From positions 1 through 64,000 of the IMG/VR virus record IMGVR_UViG_3300042010_000040: 64,000 nucleotides of DNA; one strand, written 5' to 3'. Each line of letters opens with the position of its first letter. Positions within the stretch are counted from its first letter, which is position 1. The position numbers were made by a program, and so were the translations under genes. The notes under the pieces are model-generated. The model was not told where the DNA came from. It was given only the letters and a program-made list of their open reading frames with translations, and searched no databases. This document shows, piece by piece, positions 36,476 to 45,637 of the stretch. This stretch comes from a virus.

Positions 36476-38416
36476 TTATTCCTTCTCTGAATATTTATCT
36501 AAGGTTTGATGCACAATGTCAGCCAAACTACTTTCAAACTGTGTTTTAAAATCTTCTGGATTAGCCGCTGTGATCTTCACGTCCATTTTCAAAGTTACAT
36601 CAGCTTTTGGTGCCAATGGAGATGGTGTGCTTGAAGATCCAGAATCAGGCATCCCAGCCTTTTCCATAGGGAAAATACCAAGAGTTCCGTTGAAGTTATC
36701 ACGTCTACGATTGGCAAGAGCTTCATCTTGTCTAGCTCGTTGCTGTGTCTCATAGTTTGCAGGGTCAAAGTCAGGGCGAAGTTTCTGCATGGTACTGCTT
36801 GCTGGAAGACCAAAAGCATCTAAGGTTTTCTGAGCAGGAGTTGTGATATAGTTTAAATACCCAAACCCAGCAGCTTTTGCTGCCTCGCCAGCACCAGAGG
36901 TATCACCACCAGCGAGTTTATTGATCGTACCCACTGTGTTGCTTACAGTGTTGGCCCAATTCTTAAGATTGACAAAAGCATCAGAGTTAAAGAGTTTGAG
37001 TAGATCAGCCCAACCATTGTAGATGTTCTTACCTAGTTGTCCAATCTCAGACATCGCACCTTTATAGGCGTTCAAGAACTGGAGAACTTCGCCACGTTCT
37101 TCTGGTGTTGGGAAGAACTTATTACCCAAGAAACTATCACGACCGTCCAACATACGTTGAAAAGATTGAGCAGACAATAGGGCAAAAGACACGTATTTAG
37201 AGACGTTATCAAAACCCCGTGCCAAACCTTCAACCATCGGTGCAGACTCTTTAAGACCATCATTTAATGCACGAAAGAGCCTTGCGAAACCAGACTCAAT
37301 ACCTGAGTCTGACGCTACAGTTGCAAGGTTGTTTACTGTATTCTGATACCGTGCTTGTTGAGCTTGAGATGCTGTTTTAGCAGCTTCAAGACCCGGAGCA
37401 GCCTGCTCAGACGCAAGTCTTCCCGCATAGGTAAGAATGTTCCCTTTAACAAGACCTTTCTTCATGGCTTTGTTAAGTTCATCAATGGCAGCTTGACCTG
37501 TCTTACCTCCACCCTTACCCTCAGAAGCAAGTTGTGCTTGATATGCACGAGCAAACAAAGATACCGCGCCCGGTAAACTTTCTGCTAGCTGGCCAGTCAA
37601 CTCTTCAGATTGAAGTTTGTTTTTACCAGCGATTTGAGACAGCGCCCGGTAAACACGGGACTGAGCGGTGCGGTCAAGTTTGTTAACACGACTCAACTCA
37701 GAGAATCCCTTGAATACACCCTGAGATTGTTGAATACTCATGCCTGCGCCTGTCAGGCCAGATGTGAGTTTATTGTAATCAGGCGCCGCGTCGAGGTAAT
37801 TAAAACCAATGACATCCGCTTGTTTTTTCAGCCACTCAAAGGATTGCTTTCCTTCATACGGTGTAGCACCAGCCTGTTGAGCAACAGCAGAGGTTTGTAA
37901 CTGCGCAGCAACCACTTGTTGATTTCGGTTATTTAGGGCACCAAGACCATATCCACCTAAGCCTAATGCAAGGGCGGGACCGTATAGGCGAGAAAGTCCA
38001 CCTGCGATACCTCCCGCAACGCCACCAGCGACAATGTGACGACCACTGCCGGGGATTCGTGCTGACCCCGCATTACCGGGTGCCACATTTGGACGAATGT
38101 TTACTTTGGCTGATTTAGATGCGGCGGCGAACGCATTACTGAGTGTACGATTTAGATGAGCTTGGTCAACAACAAATCGAGATACTTGAAATGTAGTCTG
38201 TTTGCTTGCCAGATCTAGGGCACTACCCATTGCAAAATTAAGAGCTTTCTGGTTTACATTAAACTTAACCAGATTGATTGCCATGTTCTGAGAAGCAGTC
38301 TTACCAAAAGCTTTGAGCTTCTTCTCCATATTCTTCAGAGCAGAATCGACTTTCCTGATACTCTTGGCGTTGACCCCAAATCCTAATTCTGCGAAGTAGC
38401 TTGTGATTGCTGGCAT
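36476..38416 (-). CDS. Tape measure protein
   Basis: ALSQIAGKNKLQSEELTGQLAESLPGA tape domain, Ala/Gly-rich. Confidence 0.9.
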   Translation of the reverse strand: MPAITSYFAELGFGVNAKSIRKVDSALKNMEKKLKAFGKTASQNMAINLVKFNVNQKALNFAMGSALDLASKQTTFQVSRFVVDQAHLNRTLSNAFAAASKSAKVNIRPNVAPGNAGSARIPGSGRHIVAGGVAGGIAGGLSRLYGPALALGLGGYGLGALNNRNQQVVAAQLQTSAVAQQAGATPYEGKQSFEWLKKQADVIGFNYLDAAPDYNKLTSGLTGAGMSIQQSQGVFKGFSELSRVNKLDRTAQSRVYRALSQIAGKNKLQSEELTGQLAESLPGAVSLFARAYQAQLASEGKGGGKTGQAAIDELNKAMKKGLVKGNILTYAGRLASEQAAPGLEAAKTASQAQQARYQNTVNNLATVASDSGIESGFARLFRALNDGLKESAPMVEGLARGFDNVSKYVSFALLSAQSFQRMLDGRDSFLGNKFFPTPEERGEVLQFLNAYKGAMSEIGQLGKNIYNGWADLLKLFNSDAFVNLKNWANTVSNTVGTINKLAGGDTSGAGEAAKAAGFGYLNYITTPAQKTLDAFGLPASSTMQKLRPDFDPANYETQQRARQDEALANRRRDNFNGTLGIFPMEKAGMPDSGSSSTPSPLAPKADVTLKMDVKITAANPEDFKTQFESSLADIVHQTLDKYSEKE

Positions 38417-38419
38417 AGC

Positions 38420-38716
38420 TTATCCTTTCTGATTTTGAATTCTTTTAGCTTCTGCCTTGTCATAAGCTATTTGTTGCCTAGCATCGTAAACTCTAATAAC
38501 TTCTAACATCATGTAGGCTTGCTTGATGGAGTAGACATTCTCTAACTCCCATAAAGTGCAAGGCTTTGTTTCATGGGTTAGCAGTTCGTAAACAATCCAG
38601 CTTTGAGAGAACTCTTCTTCAACTTGTCTCTCATCTTTGTTACGAACTGTTGGTGCAGAGGATTTTTTATTTAAGCCTCTGAACCGCTTTCCGTAAAAAC
38701 ATCTTGGAAGTTCCAC
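38420..38716 (-). CDS. Tail assembly chaperone, probable frameshift extension (gpT-like)
   Basis: Lies in the -1 frame of the upstream chaperone and overlaps it. Confidence 0.6.
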   Translation of the reverse strand: MELPRCFYGKRFRGLNKKSSAPTVRNKDERQVEEEFSQSWIVYELLTHETKPCTLWELENVYSIKQAYMMLEVIRVYDARQQIAYDKAEAKRIQNQKG

Positions 38717-38997
38717 TGAATCAATGCATCAACTACGTTGTAGAGGTGGAGAGTACGGCGAGCAAAGTGATATTCAAACTCATCTTTGTCAATAGCCTTA
38801 CCTTCAGATTCCATACGACTACCCACTACGATTTTACGTACTAGGTCAATGTCTGGGCGCCAGCCCGGAGTTTCACCATTCTCAATCAGAACATCTTGAA
38901 TCATGATTGCAAGGGTGGTAGGAAGTGCGTTTGCTACATATTTAACTTCGTCAATCTCAAAAGATTCAGACGGAAGTTGGGAGAGAGTTTTTGCCAT
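38671..38997 (-). CDS. Tail assembly chaperone (gpG-like)
   Basis: Position between the tube genes and the tape measure. Confidence 0.7.
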   Translation of the reverse strand: MAKTLSQLPSESFEIDEVKYVANALPTTLAIMIQDVLIENGETPGWRPDIDLVRKIVVGSRMESEGKAIDKDEFEYHFARRTLHLYNVVDALIQWNFQDVFTESGSEA

Positions 38998-39012
38998 TAT
39001 TTATCTCAGAAT

Positions 39013-39510
39013 TTAAAGTAAGTTATTTACGAAATCGGATACTTCATTTAAAGCAGTGTCAAACAAACTTGTTGAAGGTCTAGTGTTGCCACCTACATTG
39101 TAAGACTCGGTGGTCTGTGCGAACAGTTCCCAAGACCGATCTTCAATTTGTCCAGTAAACGATGCTGAAGGGTATCCAGTAATATATGCTTCGTTAGTAG
39201 AGAACACGCTACTCCCCGAAGCATCTTTAATTGTTAGTGCAATCCTTGCTGTACCAAGTTCCAAGTCTAAATCATGAATCTGTGAAAGTACATCATTGGT
39301 AGGTGAACTACCCATAAGAGTTAGAATAATCGTAGCAGATGTGTCTTTATTCTTAACTCTCGTGTTCTTACCACGAATCCCACGAATTACTGTAAAACCT
39401 TTTACATTTCGTGTAATGGTGATACTCTGCCAACCAGCTACTGGGTAGCCACCGATGTTAAGACTTACGTCGGAAGGATTATAGGTTGAGACTGTAAAAC
39501 TATTAGACAT
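39013..39510 (-). CDS. Tail tube-like protein (paralogue 3)
   Basis: TYNPSDV...IKDASGSSVF...R.W. Confidence 0.78.
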   Translation of the reverse strand: MSNSFTVSTYNPSDVSLNIGGYPVAGWQSITITRNVKGFTVIRGIRGKNTRVKNKDTSATIILTLMGSSPTNDVLSQIHDLDLELGTARIALTIKDASGSSVFSTNEAYITGYPSASFTGQIEDRSWELFAQTTESYNVGGNTRPSTSLFDTALNEVSDFVNNLL

Positions 39511-40013
39511 TACAGAATACCTTCCAAGATTGGTAGAGCAGAAGCGCCTATGTTGAACAAGTCTTCAAGCAACCCTGATTCCCCGTTGTTACTACCAATG
39601 TTAATAACAGCTTGAGATGATCTGAGAATCCACGTCCTAGGTTCAAAGTCGTTACTCTTAATTAGAGAAGGGATACCTTCAATCCAAGTATTGGTTGAAA
39701 AGAACAAGTCACTGCCTGAACCATCCTTCACCATCATTTGGAACTTGCCACGCTGGGTGATTTCATCAATCTGCCACAGCTTAGTAAGGAATGTGTTACT
39801 TGTACTACCACTTAAAACTGTAAGCTCAATCGTATAAGTTTGGTCATTGTTATATACTCTACTGACCATACCAGATGTTGAACGCTGTGTTGAAAATGGA
39901 ACCATATCCTTATTTATTGAGATAAATGTTCCATCAACAAAACCTTCCAAGGGAAAGAATCCACAAAGTAATACAGAGACTTCTTGAGGGATGTATGTCG
40001 CTAACTCAACCAT
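39510..40013 (-). CDS. Tail tube-like protein (paralogue 2)
   Basis: TYIPQEV...VKDGSGSDLF...RTW. Confidence 0.78.
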   Translation of the reverse strand: MVELATYIPQEVSVLLCGFFPLEGFVDGTFISINKDMVPFSTQRSTSGMVSRVYNNDQTYTIELTVLSGSTSNTFLTKLWQIDEITQRGKFQMMVKDGSGSDLFFSTNTWIEGIPSLIKSNDFEPRTWILRSSQAVINIGSNNGESGLLEDLFNIGASALPILEGIL

Positions 40014-40028
40014 TAGAATCTCCTAATG

Positions 40029-40046
40029 AGGGGCTTTACAGCCCCT
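40029..40046 (-). terminator. Hairpin after the major tube gene
   Basis: aggggc-tgtaaa-gcccct, weak U-tract. Confidence 0.5.
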
Positions 40047-40057
40047 ATTAATATTAC

Positions 40058-40588
40058 TTACAATTTCCAACGATCTTCAATCGAGCCACCAAGAGCCTCA
40101 ACAACAGCAACTGCCGCTTGATCCATTTTGGTGTTACCACCAACCAGAGTTTGTAGGTTAACAGCGTGAATCATCCATTCACGGTTTTCACCAGTCTCAG
40201 CATCGGAATAAGAACTGTCTGCCTGAGTGCCAATGAATGCTTGTTGTGCAAAGTACAAACTCTGACCAGAGTTGTCCTTAATTGTGATTGAGAAAACGAA
40301 GGTATCGGTTGCGTCTTCTTCATCAGCAATTTGCATTTGTTGAAAAACACGGTTACTGATAGAAGCTTGGTGTAAAGTTACCGAGATATCGGACGCTTTA
40401 TTACGACGCTTTACACGGAATGCAGAAAGATCAGAACCAACTACCAGACTAGAAGCTGGGGTTTGCCGGGTGATATTAATAAACGTACCCGGAGCAGTAC
40501 CAGAAACAATATGTGTTTGACCTGCCACGTTAATCAAAATTGTTACTTCTTCGGGACTATAAGTGCCAAGGATAATATCTGAAGCCAT
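40058..40588 (-). CDS. Major tail tube protein (DUF3277-like)
   Basis: TYSPEEV...IKDNSGQSLY...REW, directly after the sheath. Confidence 0.82.
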   Translation of the reverse strand: MASDIILGTYSPEEVTILINVAGQTHIVSGTAPGTFINITRQTPASSLVVGSDLSAFRVKRRNKASDISVTLHQASISNRVFQQMQIADEEDATDTFVFSITIKDNSGQSLYFAQQAFIGTQADSSYSDAETGENREWMIHAVNLQTLVGGNTKMDQAAVAVVEALGGSIEDRWKL

Positions 40589-40599
40589 TTAAACTCTCC

Positions 40600-41883
40600 T
40601 TATGCGGTTACAGTGCCAACGATAGTAACAACGCGAACGCTGCCCTGAAGTCGTGCAGTGAAGAGGAAGTCACCAGCAACACGCTGGATTCGTTGGTTAG
40701 CTGCGATGGTCAATGGATCAGGACTTGTGACGGTCCAGCCAGAGTCATACAAGCCGTTAGCTTGACCTTGTGCAAGTACAGAGCGCATTTCACTTTCAAT
40801 GATCAAGAAACCATTACGGGTATATGGAACTTTCAACAAGTTAACAAGGCGGCTGTAGATAGCCTCTTGCATGCGTGCATAAGTCCAATCGATGCCAATG
40901 ATGATATCAATCGCGTCACTAACACCAGTAGACATGTTACCGTCTTGGAAGATGTTAACACCCGCCACAGTAGTGTACATATTAGCATTCTTGGAACGCA
41001 AGTTAGTACGCTGAGTATCAGTCAATACAGAAACTGTAACCAAAGTTGCGCGTTTAAAGTCCCAGTCATTACTGCCCGGAGTACGAGGAAGCTGACTACC
41101 AGCCCAAGCTGCTTCTGGATATTCAGTGTCTGCTGTTGGCAGATAGATGATTGCAGTACGGCTATAACTACCAGCTTTCAACAAAGATGCTGGATCGGTT
41201 GTACCAGTTGTAATGGTAACTGGGTCAGCGGTGCTGGTCAGGTAAATTTTATGACGTGGTTGGATAGAGGCAGCAAGAGCCATAATATCAGCAGAAACAT
41301 GAGTCTCTGCAATCAAAGCATACCAAGCATTAGTCACATCAGTAGCAGCGTCTAGTGCTTCAACCCAAGTTTCAGTTGGTACAGCATTAACGCCCACCAA
41401 ATTCGCAGAAGACACAACACTCCAAGCAGTCCCAGCAACAGTAGGTGCCAAAGTGAGGGTAGTGGTGCCTGTGACAGTGATACCGGTTGGAGTACCAATA
41501 GCAGCTTTCAGACCAGTTACAATAGTGGTTGCTGTAGCACCAACACCAGAAGTGAACGAGTAAAGAACGCCATTGAGAGTTACACTGTAAACAGTGCTAT
41601 CTGCAACTGTTGGGGTGAAGGTTACACTGTCTACTTGACGGCGACCAACGATAATCGAAGGAGGACGTACACCATCTTGACCAAACAGGCGCTGGGCAAT
41701 CTTATAAACATTGTCTGTGCTGTTGAAGTCGTCAGCTACGGCATCAAAGTCAGTGTAGGTACGAACACGTTCAGAGAAATTAGTAAATGTTGCGAGCACC
41801 AGAGGGATTTGAAAGCTAGCAGTTGCTACTGCTGTGGTTTCTCGATTTATGGTGATAGAAATAATTGAATCAAGCTCTGCCAT
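40600..41883 (-). CDS. Tail sheath protein (DUF3383-like)
   Basis: PGSNDWDFK, IDIIIGIDW, KVPYTRNG. Confidence 0.9.
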   Translation of the reverse strand: MAELDSIISITINRETTAVATASFQIPLVLATFTNFSERVRTYTDFDAVADDFNSTDNVYKIAQRLFGQDGVRPPSIIVGRRQVDSVTFTPTVADSTVYSVTLNGVLYSFTSGVGATATTIVTGLKAAIGTPTGITVTGTTTLTLAPTVAGTAWSVVSSANLVGVNAVPTETWVEALDAATDVTNAWYALIAETHVSADIMALAASIQPRHKIYLTSTADPVTITTGTTDPASLLKAGSYSRTAIIYLPTADTEYPEAAWAGSQLPRTPGSNDWDFKRATLVTVSVLTDTQRTNLRSKNANMYTTVAGVNIFQDGNMSTGVSDAIDIIIGIDWTYARMQEAIYSRLVNLLKVPYTRNGFLIIESEMRSVLAQGQANGLYDSGWTVTSPDPLTIAANQRIQRVAGDFLFTARLQGSVRVVTIVGTVTA

Positions 41884-41889
41884 CGGATT

Positions 41890-42813
41890 TTATCCTTGTG
41901 TGGAGTAAATGTAGCCATATGTAGGAATCTTTTTGGAGATTCTGTTTTTAATAGTATTAAGTGGGATTCCCAGAGCTAGAGAAGCCTCCTCTAAACTTGA
42001 GAACTCCTTTCCTTCTGCCATGTAATTCCTACTTGGTTTTTCTTTCTTTATTTTATTGTTTTCTTCAAATACTCCACGAAGTATTTGTTGTCTAATACTT
42101 TCAGGTCTTTTATTGTAGACCTGCCCAGCTATAAACAAATCTGGAAACCAAAACCCTTTGTAGTAGTTTGGAACCTTTAATGCTGTTGAATTTGACTTTC
42201 TTTGTGGAACTTTAATGTCCCCTAGATAACCTTCAACCCTGCGCTTTTCATAAACATTCTGAGAGATATCTAGAGCAGCCAAAGCGTATTTTTTACTAGG
42301 GAACCAAAAACCTAACGCATACACAAACTTTTGTGGGCCGGACTTCTTTTCTGGGATTTTAATTTCACCAAGGAGATTTCTTTTCTTCCTTGAATTAAAT
42401 AAACCTTGCCCCCACTGAAGCTTACTAAGGGCCGTCCTCAGATTAGGGAACCACCATCCAGAAACATATATTTCTTTATCATCAGACCTAGATTTAACTG
42501 GGCCTCTGAGCCCACCTTTACCACCCATCCCACCAACGGAGAGATTGTATCCGTGACCAGTTACTAAAGAGTCATAGGAAGAAATGGCCTTTTGCTCAAG
42601 AGCATAGATATAATCTCTTGTGCCAATACACAAAACTTCAAAGGTAAAATTTTCTTTACCGTATTTCTTAACAGCTTTATTGACTGGGCGTCCCTTTTTC
42701 ACTTTCGTAAAATGTTGAGCCTTTCTGTTGGTTGGATTAGTCGTAACACCAATATATAGCTTCCCATTTACAAGATTTGTTATTTTATATAAATAATGAA
42801 CGTCGTCTTGCAA
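41890..42813 (-). CDS. GIY-YIG homing endonuclease with repeated GxWFP DNA-binding modules
   Basis: YLYKITNLVNGKLYIGVT, GYNL, three GWWFP/GFWFP repeats. Confidence 0.88.
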   Translation of the reverse strand: MQDDVHYLYKITNLVNGKLYIGVTTNPTNRKAQHFTKVKKGRPVNKAVKKYGKENFTFEVLCIGTRDYIYALEQKAISSYDSLVTGHGYNLSVGGMGGKGGLRGPVKSRSDDKEIYVSGWWFPNLRTALSKLQWGQGLFNSRKKRNLLGEIKIPEKKSGPQKFVYALGFWFPSKKYALAALDISQNVYEKRRVEGYLGDIKVPQRKSNSTALKVPNYYKGFWFPDLFIAGQVYNKRPESIRQQILRGVFEENNKIKKEKPSRNYMAEGKEFSSLEEASLALGIPLNTIKNRISKKIPTYGYIYSTQG

Positions 42814-42823
42814 GATAAGCCTC

Positions 42824-43357
42824 CTAAGGGGTTATGATAAAATCTGGTGGGACTGTAAACACTTCGCCTGTTAATTCATCAACGATGATTACAGCCTCAA
42901 CTACATCCACAATCTGCTGTGTATTAACAGCGTATGTAAATACGACATCCATATTGTGATATTCAACCCACTTCGTATCTCGTTTCTGTGGTGCTCGACG
43001 GATGTTTGTTTTTGTTCTTAGATTAAGACTATTTCTTTGTAGCTCTTCACGCACAAGTACATTGTTCAATTGTTGTGTGAAGACTTGAGACATTTCCCCA
43101 GACTTACTCCCAACAAAACTAAACTGTGCGTAGATATTGTAATTAGCTTGGATGGTGAGTTCATCTAATTCATTAACTAAAGTAGATGTATATCCTTTAC
43201 CAACCTGTTCAACTTGCAGAATATTAATTACAACATAACTCTCGGCAGGTTCTGCACCATTAGAGTGAGAGAAGATAACCTGAGGGTTTGTGAATTCTGA
43301 TAAGGCTACTAAAGCCCCTTTACGGATACTTGTTCGAACGTCGGAATAGACACTCAA
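42824..43357 (-). CDS. Tail completion/neck protein
   Basis: Position upstream of the sheath. Confidence 0.7.
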   Translation of the reverse strand: MSVYSDVRTSIRKGALVALSEFTNPQVIFSHSNGAEPAESYVVINILQVEQVGKGYTSTLVNELDELTIQANYNIYAQFSFVGSKSGEMSQVFTQQLNNVLVREELQRNSLNLRTKTNIRRAPQKRDTKWVEYHNMDVVFTYAVNTQQIVDVVEAVIIVDELTGEVFTVPPDFIITP

Positions 43358-43405
43358 TTTTTGCTACTCCTCAGCGTATTGTCTGCACGATATGAGGAAA
43401 GGCGA

Positions 43406-43879
43406 TTAAGCGCCCTTTTTAGCTACCTCAAAATCTGTGGTGTCATACATTGTCCCACTATCAATCAGAGGATTATTAAAACCCTTGTCTGCAATTGTTT
43501 GGGGACTGTTTGGTGGAGTATCCCACTTAGCTATTACATCCTTCATCTCTTTGACAAAGGTGGGGCCAAGCTTTGTGTACTCTTGTTTAAATGAACTTTT
43601 ACCTTCTGCAATCCTTTGCATACTTTCTTTGAACAAGCTGTCATAAACACCTTTTTTAATTGGTGTCATGAAACCAACCCGTATGAAAGGACGTATTGGG
43701 TTGGTTGAGGTTCCTTCCTCGTTAAACTGTGCCACCTGAGCTACGGGCAGGTTGTCATTCTCGGGTCCATAATTAGAACCTTCAAACCAACCAATCCTAA
43801 GTTTATCTTGTGTGTTTTTGGAGATATCCTTCTTCATCTTCTCCCAACCAGACTTATCAACCTTCAACTTAAAAGACAT
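43406..43879 (-). CDS. Neck/tail-completion protein
   Basis: NEEGT..RPF...PPNSPQTIADKGFNNPLIDSG. Confidence 0.8.
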   Translation of the reverse strand: MSFKLKVDKSGWEKMKKDISKNTQDKLRIGWFEGSNYGPENDNLPVAQVAQFNEEGTSTNPIRPFIRVGFMTPIKKGVYDSLFKESMQRIAEGKSSFKQEYTKLGPTFVKEMKDVIAKWDTPPNSPQTIADKGFNNPLIDSGTMYDTTDFEVAKKGA

Positions 43880-43892
43880 TTTGTTATCCTTT

Positions 43893-44267
43893 TTAGTTTG
43901 GGGTTAATTCAATTCTGGCTGCTTGAATTTTAACGTGCTCCAAAATGCCCATTCCGTTTGTCCAATCATCAACCTTCATAATCTTATAACGATCATTCTT
44001 CCAAATGAATTCATCAGCATCCCAGCCTGAAGTTCCCTCTTTAAGAGTACGGGCATAATCAGCGGAGTAAAATTTAACCCACACTCTTGTCCTGTCAGCT
44101 TCGGGAAGCATCATGATTTCATAAGGTTTCAGAGGCTGGATATTTACTTGAAGAAGAACTTCAGTAACAGTGCCCTCAACCCAATCACCATCAACAAATG
44201 AACCAGCAGTCTGTCTATAGATTGTGAGGGGAATCTTATGCGTCAAAAGGAATTGTGGTCTTAGCAT
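43893..44267 (-). CDS. Head closure protein
   Basis: GDWVEG, NIQP, position. Confidence 0.72.
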   Translation of the reverse strand: MLRPQFLLTHKIPLTIYRQTAGSFVDGDWVEGTVTEVLLQVNIQPLKPYEIMMLPEADRTRVWVKFYSADYARTLKEGTSGWDADEFIWKNDRYKIMKVDDWTNGMGILEHVKIQAARIELTPN

Positions 44268-44275
44268 ATCAACTC

Positions 44276-44713
44276 CTAATAAACAAAAGTTTCACCACAA
44301 GAAGTGCAGCCGCACCCTGTGGTGCATCCTGTCTCACAACATTCCGCTTCTCTACAGATATCCCCATCACAAACTTCGATGTTCATGAGCTTGCTTGGAC
44401 AACTGTTAGCAGACCAAGGCATCAATCCCATAGGGATGAGTACAGTAGGGTTGTTAATGAAGTTACCAAGAGCTGCTAGATAGTTCTTAGCGTAGTCGTT
44501 CCACACAAGAATATCGCCGGTTTGCTCTCTCGTGTTATATCCGGAGATAGTGAACGAAGCACTAATAGCAGCCATCCTCGCCGCCTGATACACATTTTGA
44601 TTATTTAAATCTAAGAATTGTTGTATCTCTTCCTCACTGAATATTGGGTAAAATGGATTACCCAAAGTATTACCAATCAGCAGGTTAACCTGCTCGACAG
44701 GAGTTAATGCCAT
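44276..44713 (-). CDS. Head-tail adaptor with Cys-rich tail
   Basis: VNLLIGN...FSEEEIQQFL adaptor pattern. Confidence 0.72.
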   Translation of the reverse strand: MALTPVEQVNLLIGNTLGNPFYPIFSEEEIQQFLDLNNQNVYQAARMAAISASFTISGYNTREQTGDILVWNDYAKNYLAALGNFINNPTVLIPMGLMPWSANSCPSKLMNIEVCDGDICREAECCETGCTTGCGCTSCGETFVY

Positions 44714-44715
44714 AA

Positions 44716-45189
44716 CTATTCCTTTATGTAACCATAGTATTGTAGTTCGGCTTCCTGTCTTACTTTGATTGCCTCTTCTAAAGAATCGTAACGACCAAGA
44801 TTAATTCGTTTCTTTTCTTTAGAAATGTAAACTTCCCACTTACCTCTTTCTGAACACCAACTAACTCCAGTTTTACCTGATGTATTGTGTGCTTTAAGAG
44901 TTTGGTTAAAGTTTTGTTCAGAGTAAGTTGTCCACCTGCAATTTTCTAAGAAGTAGTCACCATTGACATCAATTCTGTCTAGTGTAGTACCTTCTGGACG
45001 CTCACCCATATCTTCAAAGAAGTTAAGAACCCCATTAGATGGGTCAAGCCATCGATCACAAATCTGGATACCTCTACCACCACTATGCTCAAAAGATTTA
45101 TGATTTTCATCAGTAACCCTCTGAATCATTGCTCGATAGGAAGCATATGTCTTTGTTTTATATTTTCCGTGTTTCACATTATGATGCAT
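44716..45189 (-). CDS. HNH-AP2 homing endonuclease
   Basis: DMGERPEGTTLDRIDVNGDY..NCRW, AP2 NLGRYDSLEEA. Confidence 0.9.
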   Translation of the reverse strand: MHHNVKHGKYKTKTYASYRAMIQRVTDENHKSFEHSGGRGIQICDRWLDPSNGVLNFFEDMGERPEGTTLDRIDVNGDYFLENCRWTTYSEQNFNQTLKAHNTSGKTGVSWCSERGKWEVYISKEKKRINLGRYDSLEEAIKVRQEAELQYYGYIKE

Positions 45190-45221
45190 TTTAGACCTCC
45201 TTTAAACTAATTTGATCTAAA

Positions 45222-45250
45222 ATCTTATCACATAATTCTTGTAAATACAA
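45222..45250 (-). promoter_or_regulatory. Promoter for the HNH-AP2 gene
   Basis: TTGTAT-17-TAAGAT with extended TG. Confidence 0.6.
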
Positions 45251-45270
45251 GGGCAGAACTAACCGCCCTT
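45249..45270 (-). terminator. Terminator-like hairpin
   Basis: aagggcgg-ttagtt-ctgccctt. Confidence 0.6.
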
Positions 45271-45275
45271 TATAC

Positions 45276-45587
45276 TTACGCAGCAGGCATAATACCGGCA
45301 GCAATCAATTTAGTAAGCAATGCATTATAAGCTACAGTAACTGCTGCCAAGTCTGCAAAGTCTGGAGTTTGTTGGGCAGTGAAAGTAATTTGTTTTGCAA
45401 TACCAGCTACAGCAGTTGTTGCAGCAGCAGTGCCGAGAGCAGTACGAGCAGCGGCAGCGGTTGCAGCAGTCAATACAGAGCGGCCTACAGCAGTAGAGTC
45501 AGTGATGTCAGTGGAGGCAATACCGCCCAAACCAGTATCCAATTCTTGTACTGCAAAGATCCAACCGTTTTTAGTTGTTACAGCCAT
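45276..45587 (-). CDS. Head fibre/decoration-like protein
   Basis: ITDSTAVGRSVLTA, YNALLTKLIAAGIM; follows the MCP. Confidence 0.65.
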   Translation of the reverse strand: MAVTTKNGWIFAVQELDTGLGGIASTDITDSTAVGRSVLTAATAAAARTALGTAAATTAVAGIAKQITFTAQQTPDFADLAAVTVAYNALLTKLIAAGIMPAA

Positions 45588-45607
45588 ATTTAAATCTCCG
45601 TAAATAA

Positions 45608-45627
45608 GGGGCTATATTTCAAGCCCC
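45608..45627 (-). terminator. Terminator after the major capsid gene
   Basis: ggggc...gcccc followed by ttattt on the minus strand. Confidence 0.65.
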
Positions 45628-45637
45628 ATTAGATCGT

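Noticed and set aside
38686-38693. Lambda-like GGAAAG slippery site
   Set aside because: GGA AAG is in the -1 frame rather than the zero frame of the chaperone
39013-40588. Three tail-tube paralogues as a novelty
   Set aside because: Tube plus tube-like paralogues are expected in this style of myovirus tail
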